Source of the DNA: Minisyncoccota bacterium
GTDB taxonomy: Bacteria; Patescibacteriota; Minisyncoccia; Phycocordibacterales; DATDWN01
Assembly: GCA_041674105.1 (NCBI GenBank)
Contig: JBAYWK010000001.1
Location: forward strand, 167,114 to 231,113
Reading direction: 5' to 3'
Length of the DNA: 64,000 bases
Under the pieces are notes generated by a model. It made no database searches. It saw only the letters and a list, made by a program, of their open reading frames with translations, and had not been told where the DNA came from. Each line of letters starts with the position of its first letter. Position 1 is the first letter of the stretch. The position numbers were made by a program, and so were the translations under genes. Below, piece by piece: positions 37,720-47,400 of the stretch.

Positions 37720-37806
37720 TTGGGATGATGTTGAAAATATAAGATTATTAGTATATAGTTTGGCTTCCTGTGCTTCTCGGGAAAACATTAAATAAATATA
37801 AAAATC

Positions 37807-38229
37807 ATGGCAAAAAAGATTATTAAAAGACTAAAGCTGATCATAGAAGGGGGTAAAGCTACTCCCGCTGGAACAACAGGTCCAGCTCTAGGTCAAGCTG
37901 GTGTAAATATTGGTGAATTTGTAAAACAATTCAATGATGCTACCTCAAAACAAATGGGTGAGGTTATTCCTGTAGAAATCTCTGTTTATGAAGATAGGAC
38001 TTTCTCTTTTATTACTAAAACTTCTCCTGCGACAAACCTAATACTTAAGGCCTTAGGAAAAGATAAAGGTTCAGGAAAAGCAAACACTTCTAAAATAGGT
38101 TCAATAACAAAGGCTCAGTTGAAAGAAATTGCTGAGAAGAAGATGGCTGACTTGAATGCTAACGATATTGATGCAGCGATGAAAATAATTGCTGGTTCTG
38201 CTAGAAGCATGGGGGTTGATGTGAAATAG
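37807..38229 (+). CDS. rplK: 50S ribosomal protein L11
   Basis: [34 protein letters not shown]. Confidence 0.9.
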   Translation: MAKKIIKRLKLIIEGGKATPAGTTGPALGQAGVNIGEFVKQFNDATSKQMGEVIPVEISVYEDRTFSFITKTSPATNLILKALGKDKGSGKANTSKIGSITKAQLKEIAEKKMADLNANDIDAAMKIIAGSARSMGVDVK

Positions 38230-38233
38230 GTAA

Positions 38234-38356
38234 CATCAACCGATCTTTTGAGGTGTTTTGTTCGATTAGAAACAAAAGACCCAAAGGATGTACTGATCCT
38301 GTAAGGATTTGATGTGAATTAAAGAACATCAGCCGATCTTTTGAGGTGTGTTGTGG
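38234..38356 (+). repeat. two 29-nt direct repeats (acatcaRccgatcttttgaggtgtKttgt) 94 bp apart in the position where rplA normally sits
   Basis: Copies at 38234-38262 and 38328-38356 with 27 of 29 identical bases. Hairpins lie between them. Confidence 0.6.
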
Positions 38357-38528
38357 ATAATATACTTGACTTTTTACATCGATCTATATTATACTAATTA
38401 GACAAAAGGTGCCTTCGGGTACCTTTTGTATTTTTATATTAAAGAATAAATACTAATATTTGAAAAGTGTTTAATTGCATATTTATATGGTATGACTAGT
38501 TCAGATTCTGTTCATTGAGGAGGAAGAA

Positions 38529-39143
38529 ATGGCGACAGTCAAAGAAATTTTGAATGCAGGAAGTTCTGTACAAAGCAAGTACATGGCTTCATTCGAAGAA
38601 TTGGGTGGAGTAGTTTCTCTATTCAAAGCTTCTGGATACAAAATTGTCCTGACCCAAGGTGTGTATGACATGTTTCATGTTGGTCATGGAAGATACATAC
38701 TTGAAGCAGCTTCTCATGGCGATATTTTAATCATAGGAGTAGATTCTGACGAATTGACTAAGTCAATGAAAGGACCTGGTCGTCCTTTTGATGATTTCGA
38801 TCAGAGGATTGAAGTCCTAGCAATGCTCTCTGCGGTTAATATCATTGTAAAAAGAGATCTGGGTCAAGATAAGTATGATCTTATTAAACTTGTTAAACCA
38901 GACGTTTTGATTATGTCTCAAACAACTCGGTCTTTTGGAGAAGAAGACGTTGAAAATCTAAAAGACTTCTGTGGTAAAATAGAGTGGTTAGAGGCAAAAG
39001 CAGCACAAACAACCACAGCTAAACTCAGACGAATGGCTGATGAGCACGGTTTAGAAACAGCCAAGAGAATTGTTGAGGCTATGAACCCTGTTTTAGAGCC
39101 TCTTGGAGCAAAAATTCAAGTGGTTGTGAATGGAGGAAAATAA
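38529..39143 (+). CDS. cytidylyltransferase-family nucleotidyltransferase (HxGH; TagD/RfaE-domain-II-like)
   Basis: GVYDMFHVGHGRYL...IIGVDSDELTKSMKGPGRPFDDFDQRIEVLAML. Strong SD GAGGAGG. Confidence 0.6.
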   Translation: MATVKEILNAGSSVQSKYMASFEELGGVVSLFKASGYKIVLTQGVYDMFHVGHGRYILEAASHGDILIIGVDSDELTKSMKGPGRPFDDFDQRIEVLAMLSAVNIIVKRDLGQDKYDLIKLVKPDVLIMSQTTRSFGEEDVENLKDFCGKIEWLEAKAAQTTTAKLRRMADEHGLETAKRIVEAMNPVLEPLGAKIQVVVNGGK

Positions 39144-39144
39144 G

Positions 39145-39987
39145 ATGGCTAATCTTGTAGCTTATATTCCAGTCCTAAACTACCGGCACATAGAGTGGTT
39201 TAGAAAACATTCTAATAGCAGTCTCCATCTGATTTCGCAAGAAATGGCCGAAAGTCTCCTCCCAAGATTATCTAGGAACATGGTTGCTGTGCCCACGGGC
39301 ATTACGGCTAAATCAATTATTGCCAATGAACTTTGCAGAAGAGTCTGTGATTTTAACTCAAAAATAGGATTTTTTGCTGGACGGGAGTTCATTCTTCCAG
39401 ATGAGGATATTTCTCATCTAGTAGCAGAAAGATACCTATTAGATTCTATATCTCATTTTGAAAGGATTTGGTCTAGATGGGATATGACAGCGGTTAAAGC
39501 ATCTCAGCCAATTATTTCAGACTGTGAAATCAGTCTGGATGAAACTGATTTTTCTAGAATTTTTCAATCCAACCAGATTTCTCAAAGATCTCCGGATTGG
39601 TGGAGACAGGTTGGAATAATAGCGTTTAGAGAGGACAGACTGTTGGCTTGTGGTTGGAATGAACACTTTCCTACAGAGTATGAAACGGGCATTTTTGGAG
39701 ATCCTCGTCTAAATTTCGATGCAGGTGATCCTTCTGGCATGGATGCTTATGTTTCTCTTCATGCTGAAGAGTATCTAATTGCCTTCTGTTCTCGGGAAGG
39801 GATTTCACTTGAAGGAGCATCTCTATACATAAATACATTTCCTTGTGGCCGATGTGCAAGAGCACTATCTCTGACAGGCGTCAAAGAACTTTTTTTTGGA
39901 GAAGGATATAGCTTCCTTAAAGGGTTCGATGTCCTTTCCAGTAAAGGTATAAGGATTGTGCATGTAAAAGACCCCAGATCAGCCTAA
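39145..39987 (+). CDS. dCMP/cytidine deaminase-family zinc enzyme with an N-terminal extension of about 150 aa of unknown function
   Basis: C-terminal HAEEYLI...TFPCGRCA zinc motif. SD GGAGGA 7 nt before the ATG at 39145. The track's start at 39130 overlaps the upstream gene. Confidence 0.55.
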   Translation: MANLVAYIPVLNYRHIEWFRKHSNSSLHLISQEMAESLLPRLSRNMVAVPTGITAKSIIANELCRRVCDFNSKIGFFAGREFILPDEDISHLVAERYLLDSISHFERIWSRWDMTAVKASQPIISDCEISLDETDFSRIFQSNQISQRSPDWWRQVGIIAFREDRLLACGWNEHFPTEYETGIFGDPRLNFDAGDPSGMDAYVSLHAEEYLIAFCSREGISLEGASLYINTFPCGRCARALSLTGVKELFFGEGYSFLKGFDVLSSKGIRIVHVKDPRSA

Positions 39988-40010
39988 GGCTGACTGGGGT
40001 CTATTTTTTG
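39971..40010 (+). terminator. terminator: palindrome GACCCCAGATCAGCC-taa-GGCTGACTGGGGTC followed by a T-run
   Basis: 14-bp stem and T6. Confidence 0.6.
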
Positions 40011-40453
40011 TGCCCAAGGGTAACAAGTAATCTATTTTCTTGGTTCATTTTTTTTGTTTTCTTTTTCCCAACTAAAAAATGAAAATGTAGATGATCCAAA
40101 GTTGCGCCTGTGTAAGCCATATCTCCAGATCTTATAAAAACTGAATAGCCTTTTACTTTTAATTTATTTTTTAACCATTTTATTGATTTAAAAAAATCTA
40201 ATCCAGATTTATCACTGATTTCTTCGGTATCTTTTATATGTTTTTTACTTACTATTAAGTAATGGTGTTCTGCTCCCTGATAAGGGAAATCATTGGCTGT
40301 TATAAACCAGTATTTGTTGCTATGTATTATTGGAGAGGAGTGAGTTAATTTAAATCCATTTTTACAAAAATGACATTCATTATTTTTTTTAAGTTCCTGC
40401 ATTTTACGAGTCTGTTCAGGATGTCTACTGTTATCTAAGTTCATTTTTATCAT
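40001..40453 (-). CDS. HIT-superfamily protein, GalT/Apa2-like branch (CxFC zinc motif plus HxHxH)
   Basis: CHFCK and LDHLHFHFLVG. Confidence 0.5.
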   Translation of the reverse strand: MIKMNLDNSRHPEQTRKMQELKKNNECHFCKNGFKLTHSSPIIHSNKYWFITANDFPYQGAEHHYLIVSKKHIKDTEEISDKSGLDFFKSIKWLKNKLKVKGYSVFIRSGDMAYTGATLDHLHFHFLVGKKKTKKMNQENRLLVTLGHKK

Positions 40454-40527
40454 AAGTAATCATATTTTATCATTTTTATTAAAAAAGCAAGTCGCCTCGG
40501 CTTACGCCTCGGCGACTTGTGTTATTT

Positions 40528-41487
40528 TTAGACCACAGCATCTGCCAGTTTCATTGCCGGATGATACTTGTAGTCTTTTAGGTCGAAATGAGTAGAACGA
40601 AAATCAAGGATGTTTTTTATTCTTTTTCCCTCTTCTGTTAGATGCATACTAGGAAAGGGAAATGATGTTCGGTTGATTATTTCATCGACCTCTCCCATAT
40701 GCCGTTCGTATATCTGACAATCATGCGGAGCATGGATAAACAGACCCGGTTCGTGACCAGTAATATTACATATTGCAAGCATCAGTGCTGCATATTGAAT
40801 CATATTTGAAGGAACTCCAATTGGGAAATCAGCAGACCTTTGATCCATCCGTAGATTAAGTTTGTCATTTAGGATGGTGATTTGTATATCACCATGACAT
40901 GGGGCCACCACAACCTTTCTAACCATTTCTTCGTGCTGAAGACAGTATTGAGGTATCCATGTACTTACCTTGTGAGTTCTTATTTCTGGATACTTTTTAA
41001 TCTGTTTTATCAAATTAACTATTTGGTTAAATGGTTTTGGTATCCACTTACCTCCATCTGGATATCCCAGAATGTTTTGCCAATCAAAATGGGGGAAAGA
41101 TGCAAATGCTGGACCATAAGATCCTGGACCCATATCGTATGGTTCAAGACCAAATTGGGCACATTTTTCAGGTGTCGCCCAACTTTTTTGCCACCAGTCA
41201 ACACCCCAATCTTCTGCTAGTATTCTGGCATCTCTTACGCCGTTTATAAATGCAAACAGTTCAGAGATAGGCTTTCTCCAAAAACCAATTTTTCTTTCAG
41301 TCAGTATAGGGAAGCCGTTACAGAGATCAAATTCCATAGGAGGAACAGTTAAAGAAGTATATGTTCCGTCTGTTTGGAACCTGCTTTTTGTAAAAACTCC
41401 AGTTTCTTTTATCATTCTAAGACGGTTTTTGTATTGTGTGTCAGGCACCCTCTTGTTTAAGGGTAAATAATTCGGTTCCATTTTCAT
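40528..41487 (-). CDS. thyA: thymidylate synthase ThyA-type (divergent)
   Basis: FDLCNGFPILTERK, catalytic APCH, DQRSADFPIGVPSNMIQYA (Asn of dUMP specificity). The second Arg of the RR pair is replaced (EIRTHK). Confidence 0.65.
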   Translation of the reverse strand: MKMEPNYLPLNKRVPDTQYKNRLRMIKETGVFTKSRFQTDGTYTSLTVPPMEFDLCNGFPILTERKIGFWRKPISELFAFINGVRDARILAEDWGVDWWQKSWATPEKCAQFGLEPYDMGPGSYGPAFASFPHFDWQNILGYPDGGKWIPKPFNQIVNLIKQIKKYPEIRTHKVSTWIPQYCLQHEEMVRKVVVAPCHGDIQITILNDKLNLRMDQRSADFPIGVPSNMIQYAALMLAICNITGHEPGLFIHAPHDCQIYERHMGEVDEIINRTSFPFPSMHLTEEGKRIKNILDFRSTHFDLKDYKYHPAMKLADAVV

Positions 41488-41554
41488 CTCCTTTCAAAGA
41501 TCGACTCTAGCGAGATACGATCATTTATTTGTTTTTAGTCAAAAAGAAAGCGCT

Positions 41555-42133
41555 TTATGGGCGCTTTTTGTAAGTAACAAATTTGTAAGACATCCCTGTT
41601 TTGGAAAGATGTTCTTCGGATGAATCAACCCGCCATTCTTTTCCGAGTTCGGGGAAATAGGCTGTTCCATCTATATCTGTATTTATGTGGGTTGCAATAA
41701 CCCTATCTGCAAAAGGAAGAAAAATTTTGTAGACATCTTCTCCTCCACAGATAAAGATCTTTTGTCCATATTTTTGGATTTTACGTGCTTTAGCAAGTGC
41801 TTCGCGCACGCTGTGTACAATAAAGACATTATCGTAATCACATTTCCATTCTTTGTTTTTTGTTAAGACTATAGAAATTCTTCCCGGGAGGGGTTTTCCT
41901 AAGATCTCCAAAATATTTTGGAAAGTTGATCTTCCAAAGATACAAATATTTTCAAAAGTGGTTTTTTTGAAGTGTTGCATATCTTCTGGTAGGTGCCAGA
42001 GCATACCCTCAACACCTTTGTTTCCAATAACATTTCTTTTTGCCATGGCTACAATTATTGTGAGTTTGGATGTCTTAATATTGTTTAAATCTTCATAATG
42101 AACAGTTTTTCTTTTTCTCGTTGCCGGGGTCAT
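41555..42133 (-). CDS. folA: dihydrofolate reductase
   Basis: IIVAMAKRNVIG...LWHLPEDMQHFKKTT...GRSTF...PLPGRISIVLT...GGEDVY. Confidence 0.75.
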   Translation of the reverse strand: MTPATRKRKTVHYEDLNNIKTSKLTIIVAMAKRNVIGNKGVEGMLWHLPEDMQHFKKTTFENICIFGRSTFQNILEILGKPLPGRISIVLTKNKEWKCDYDNVFIVHSVREALAKARKIQKYGQKIFICGGEDVYKIFLPFADRVIATHINTDIDGTAYFPELGKEWRVDSSEEHLSKTGMSYKFVTYKKRP

Positions 42134-42203
42134 TTCTTTATTCCTTTCTTCTGATCCGAATGCTATCCTTTATAAAAATCAAAGTCAATGATATTATGGC
42201 TTT

Positions 42204-42626
42204 ATGATTTTAAAGGTTAAAAAACTTGATTCAGAAGCAATTTTGCCAAATTATGCGCATAGTTGGGATGCTGGGATAGATATGTTTTCAGTTGAAGATG
42301 TTACACTAGTTCCTGGTCAAATAGGTAAAATAAAAAGTGGTATAGCCGTAGAGATTCCAGAAGGTTTTGTTGGTCTTTGTTGGGATAAAAGTGGTTTATC
42401 TATGAACCATTCAATAAAAGTTATGGGTGGGGTGATAGATTCTGGGTTTAGAGGAGAGATTATTTTTGGAGTAATTAACCTAGGAAAAGAAAATTATACT
42501 TTTAAAAAAGGGGACAAGGTTTTACAGATGCTTATTCAGAAGGTTGAAAAAGTAGAGGTTGTGGAATTTAAAGAACTTTCTTTCACAGATAGAGGAGAAA
42601 AAGGTTTTGGAAGTACGGGAAAATAA
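42204..42626 (+). CDS. dut: dUTP diphosphatase
   Basis: AGIDMF and SGLSMN motifs. 140 aa. Confidence 0.8.
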   Translation: MILKVKKLDSEAILPNYAHSWDAGIDMFSVEDVTLVPGQIGKIKSGIAVEIPEGFVGLCWDKSGLSMNHSIKVMGGVIDSGFRGEIIFGVINLGKENYTFKKGDKVLQMLIQKVEKVEVVEFKELSFTDRGEKGFGSTGK

Positions 42627-42630
42627 TAAA

Positions 42631-44385
42631 ATGACAATACATCATAAGATAAAAAAATGGATAGAAGAAACATTAAAAGTTGATAAAGACTTTGTTTTGG
42701 AATATCCAGCAGATCCATCGCATGGTGATTTTGCTACAAACGTAGCTATGGTTGAATATAGAAAAATCTCAAAAATCCTTGATTCTAATGTTCCAGAGGG
42801 AAAACATAAAGAAGATGGATTAAGGTGGGTAGGTGAAGCAAATAATCCAAGAGAATTAGCAGAGAAGTATAAACAAATATTAGAAGAAAATAAAATAGAT
42901 GAGGTTTCCGGAGTTTTTGTAGCTGGTCCTGGGTTTATAAATATAACAATAGACCCAAAACTTTTTGCTTTGGCTATAGAAAAGATAGATAAAGTAGGGG
43001 AAACTTTTGGTGAAAATAAGCACTATGCAGGTTCTAGGTTTTTGATTGAATATGCCCAACCAAATCCTTTCAAAGAATTTCATATTGGTCATATGATGAA
43101 TAATGTCATAGGGGAGTCTGTAGCTAAACTTATTGAAAGCCAAGGAAATGAAGTTGTTAGATTTTCATATCATGGAGATGTTGGTCTTCATGTGGCTAAA
43201 ACTATTTGGGGAGTAATAAATCTAGGTGTTGGTACAAATTTAAATATAAAAACTTTGGGTCAAGCTTATGCTCTTGGAGCAAAATTTTATGAAGATGATG
43301 ATGTTGTTAAAAAAGAAATAATTGAAATAAATAAAAAAATTTACGATAAATCTGATCAAGAGATAAATATTTTGTATGATAAAGGTCGTCAAATTTCTTT
43401 GGATGATTTTGAAAAAATCTATGAAAGATTGGGTAGTCATTTTGATCATCACTTTTATGAAAGTGAATCAGCTCCAGTTGGTAAAAAATTGGTAGAGGAA
43501 TTTTTAGAGAAAGGTGTTTTTGAAAAAAGTGAAGGAGCTATTATTTTTAAAGGAGAAAAAGTTGGACTTCATACAAGAGTTTTTTTAAATTCTGATGGTT
43601 TGCCCACATATGAAGCAAAGGAAATTGGTTTGATGTATATAAAAAAAGAAAAATATTCTCCGTTTGATATTTCTATTACTGTTACGGCAAACGAACAAGA
43701 CGCATTTTTCAAGGTAGTAGAAAAAGCCCTAGAAGAAGTTTTTCCTGAATTAAATGGAAAGTTACTTCACTTGTCTCATGGTCTGATAAAACTTCCTTCT
43801 GGAAAGATGTCTTCTAGAACAGGAGATGTCTTAACAGCAGAGTGGATTATAGATACCCTTAAAGAGGGATCAATAAATAAAATACGTGAACCACTTATAT
43901 CTCCAGAAGAAAAGGAGATTATAGCTGAGATGGTCGCTTTAGGTGCTTTGAAATTTTCTATATTGCGCCAAGCTATAGGAGGAGATATTGTTTTTGATAT
44001 AAATAAAGCATTGTCTTTGGATGGAGACTCGGGACCATACTTACAATATTCAGTGGTTAGAGCCGAAGCTCTTTTGAGAAAGTCTAGAGGTCAGATAGAA
44101 ATATCGGGAAAACAACCCGAAGGTTGGAAGGTTACTCTTTTGGAGCGATTACTTGAAAGATTTCCATCTATCTTGGAGAGATCAACAAATGAATATGCTC
44201 CACATCATTTGGTTACTTATCTGACAGCTTTATCTTCAGAATTTAATTCTTTCTATTCAGTAGAAAAAATAATTGATAATGAAAATGTAAATTCATCTTA
44301 TAAACTAGCTATAGTTAAAGCTTTTATTTATGTTATGACTTCTGGTTTAAATATTTTAGGTATTAAAATTCCTGAAAGAATGTAG
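42631..44385 (+). CDS. argS: arginyl-tRNA synthetase
   Basis: DPSHGDFATNVAM. Class I HIGH-like motif. DALR C-terminal domain. Start set to MTIHHK at 42631, after the dut stop. Confidence 0.85.
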   Translation: MTIHHKIKKWIEETLKVDKDFVLEYPADPSHGDFATNVAMVEYRKISKILDSNVPEGKHKEDGLRWVGEANNPRELAEKYKQILEENKIDEVSGVFVAGPGFINITIDPKLFALAIEKIDKVGETFGENKHYAGSRFLIEYAQPNPFKEFHIGHMMNNVIGESVAKLIESQGNEVVRFSYHGDVGLHVAKTIWGVINLGVGTNLNIKTLGQAYALGAKFYEDDDVVKKEIIEINKKIYDKSDQEINILYDKGRQISLDDFEKIYERLGSHFDHHFYESESAPVGKKLVEEFLEKGVFEKSEGAIIFKGEKVGLHTRVFLNSDGLPTYEAKEIGLMYIKKEKYSPFDISITVTANEQDAFFKVVEKALEEVFPELNGKLLHLSHGLIKLPSGKMSSRTGDVLTAEWIIDTLKEGSINKIREPLISPEEKEIIAEMVALGALKFSILRQAIGGDIVFDINKALSLDGDSGPYLQYSVVRAEALLRKSRGQIEISGKQPEGWKVTLLERLLERFPSILERSTNEYAPHHLVTYLTALSSEFNSFYSVEKIIDNENVNSSYKLAIVKAFIYVMTSGLNILGIKIPERM

Positions 44386-44423
44386 TTTTTGAAAAAATAC
44401 CCTAAGGTGCTAGTATTATATTT

Positions 44424-47400
44424 ATGAAAGAAGAAGAGTCTAATAAAAGTGAAGTTGTCCAAAAAGAAGAAAAAATACTAGATTTTTGGCAAAAAAACAA
44501 AATTTTTGAAAAAACTTTGGAAAAAGAAAATCCAGAAGGCAATTTTGTTTTTTTCGATGGGCCACCTTTTGCAACTGGACTCCCTCATTACGGGCATATT
44601 TTGCCTGGAACAGTAAAAGATTTAATACCGAGGTATCAGACAATGAAAGGGAAGAAGGTCTTGCGTCGTTGGGGCTGGGATTGTCATGGATTACCAATAG
44701 AAAACTTGATAGAAAAAGAACTCGGTCTTTCTAGTAAAAGAGACATAGAAAAATATGGAGTAGAAAAATTTAACTTGGCTGCCAGAAATGCTGTGTTTAG
44801 ATACAGGGATGAATGGAAAAAAATAATTCCACGCTCTGGTAGATGGGTTGATATGGAAAATGATTACCGAACAATGGATTCAACTTATACTGAGTCTGTC
44901 TGGTGGTCTTTTAAAAATCTTTATGATAAAAAACTAATTTATAAAGATTTCAAAACAATGCATATTTGTCCGCATTGTGAGACAACTCTTTCAAATTTAG
45001 AGGTCAGTCAAGGTTACAAAGACATAACAGATATTTCTGTATACGTAAAAGTAAAACTTTTAGACGAAGAAAATACATTTGCTTTGATATGGACAACAAC
45101 TCCTTGGACTCTTCCTGGAAATGTAGCTTTGGCTGTAAATCCAGATTTTGATTATGTAAAAGCGAAAAAAGGTGATGTTTTTTTTATCTTATTAAAAGAT
45201 CTTGCTCTAAAAGTTTTGAAAGACAACTATGAAATCGTAGATGAATTTAAGGGAAAGAAGCTTGTAGGTAAATCATATGAGCCAATTTTCTCGTATTATA
45301 AAAATTCAAACTTGGATAATTTAGAAAATGCTTGGAAAATATATGATGCGGATTTTGTTGATGTAGAAACAGGAACAGGAATTGTTCATATCGCTAGTGC
45401 TTTTGGTGAAGATGATATGAATTTGGGTAAAAAAAATGAATTACCTTTTATTCAACATGTTGGTATGGATGGAACTTTTAAAGAGGAGGTTTCTTTTTTA
45501 GCTGGGCAAAAAGTTAAACCCATAGAGGATCATCAAAAATCAGATGTGGAAATAATAAAATATCTAGCGAAAGAAGGAAGTTTGTTTGCTAAAGAAAAAA
45601 TAATTCACTCTTATCCTCATTGCTGGAGATGTGCTACACCTCTTTTGAATTACGCTACCTCTTCTTGGTTTGTTAAGGTTACTCTCTTGAAAGATAAGAT
45701 GATAGATTTAAATAATAAAATAAACTGGAAGCCGGCTTTTATTGGGGAAGGTAGATTTGGTAATTGGTTGGAGGGAGCAAGAGATTGGAGTATTTCTCGG
45801 GGAAGGTTTTGGGGAGCACCTCTTCCTGTATGGGAAAATGAATCTGAAGAAAGATTTGTTATAGGTTCAGTAGAAGACCTAAAAAATTATATAGGAAGAA
45901 AAAACAAATATTTTCTAATGAGACATGCTGAGTCAGAAGACAATGCCCATGGCAACCTAATTAATTCTAAAGATACGACCATAAATCCTCTTACCGAAGA
46001 AGGTATTTCGCAAGCTAAAGCCTCTGTCAAAAATCTAAAAGATAAAAAAATAGATCTAATAATTCATTCTCCTTTTCTTCGCACAAAACAAACAAGTCAA
46101 ATAATTGCCGAAGAATTGGGTATACCCAAAGAATCTGTCTTGGAAGAAGAAAAAATAGTGGAATTACAAGCGGGGGAATATGATAGGAAATCATGGGAAG
46201 AGTTTATAGAAAACTTTTCTTCTATAAAAGAGAAGTTTGAAAAGAACATTGGGGAAGCTGAATCATGGGAAGATGTGAGAAAAAGATCAATGAGCTTTAT
46301 TTATGATATAGATTCAAAATATGAAGGTAAAAATATCTTGATCGTAAGTCACGGAGCTCCTCTAAATCTTATAATGATGGGGTCTAGAGGTTTTTCTACA
46401 AATCAGATGATTAAGTATTTTCATAGCGATATCTTTAGTAATGCTGAAATAAAAGAATGTGATTTTGTCTCTCTCCCTCATAATGAAAAATATGAAATAG
46501 ATTTGCATAGACCTTATATAGATGATGTCGTTCTTAAGGATAAAAAAGGGAATCTTTTGAAAAGAGTTCCAGAGGTTTTTGATACTTGGTATGACTCTGG
46601 ATCTATGTCTTTTGCTCAACAACATTATCCTTTTGAAAATAAAGAGTTATTTGAGTCTAAAAATAATTCTCTATTTCCAGCGGATTTTATAGCTGAAGGA
46701 TTGGACCAGACTAGAGGTTGGTTTTATACACTACTTGTTTTGGGCACAGGTCTATTTAATAAATCTCCATACAATAGTGTGATTGTGAACGGTTTGGTTT
46801 TGGCTGAGGACGGTAGAAAAATGTCAAAGAGTTTGAAAAACTATCCAGATCCGATGGATATAATAAATAAATATGGAGCAGATGCTTTAAGGTATTACCT
46901 CATGTCTTCTTCTGTTGTTAGAACTGAAGATCTAAATTTTTCGGAAAAAGGTGTAGACGAGATATATAAAAAACTTATACAAAAGATTTATAACGTCCTA
47001 TCTTTTTATCAGATGTATTCTACAGATTATGTTTCTGTATATGAAAAAAGTTCAAATGTACTGGACCAATGGATTGTTTATAGGTTAAAAGAGTTGTTGG
47101 ACACAGTTACTAAACATTTAGATAGTTACGAAATAGAGAAAGCAGCAAGACCTATAATGGATTTTGTTGAAGATTTATCTACTTGGTATATAAGGAGATC
47201 TAGGGAAAGATTTAAATCAGATAACTTTCAAGATAGAAAAGATGTTTCTGATACGACATCATATATTTTAAAAGAATTATCAAAAATAATGGCTCCCATA
47301 ACACCTTTTATTGCTGAAGAGGTTTATTTGGAAATAACAAAAGGTTTAAAAAAGGAAAGTGTTCATTTAGAAAAGTGGCCAAATTTGAAAGAAATAGTTA

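Noticed and set aside
38234-38356. Possible CRISPR array (29-nt direct repeats)
   Set aside because: Only two repeat copies are present, with a 65-nt 'spacer' and no cas genes. The repeats are better explained as an rplK-downstream scar or regulatory element.
39145-39987. Deaminase as an anti-phage dCTP deaminase (kinase-deaminase fusion)
   Set aside because: The N-terminal domain shows no Walker A/P-loop. The gene sits in a coherent thymidylate-synthesis neighbourhood. The idea is kept only as a remote possibility inside the nucleotide-module finding.
45885-46500. IleRS insertion as an intein
   Set aside because: There are no splice-junction residues (a Cys/Ser start and a HisAsn end followed by Cys/Ser/Thr) and no LAGLIDADG or HNH motifs. 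Instead the segment has RHxE...N and SHG histidine-phosphatase motifs.
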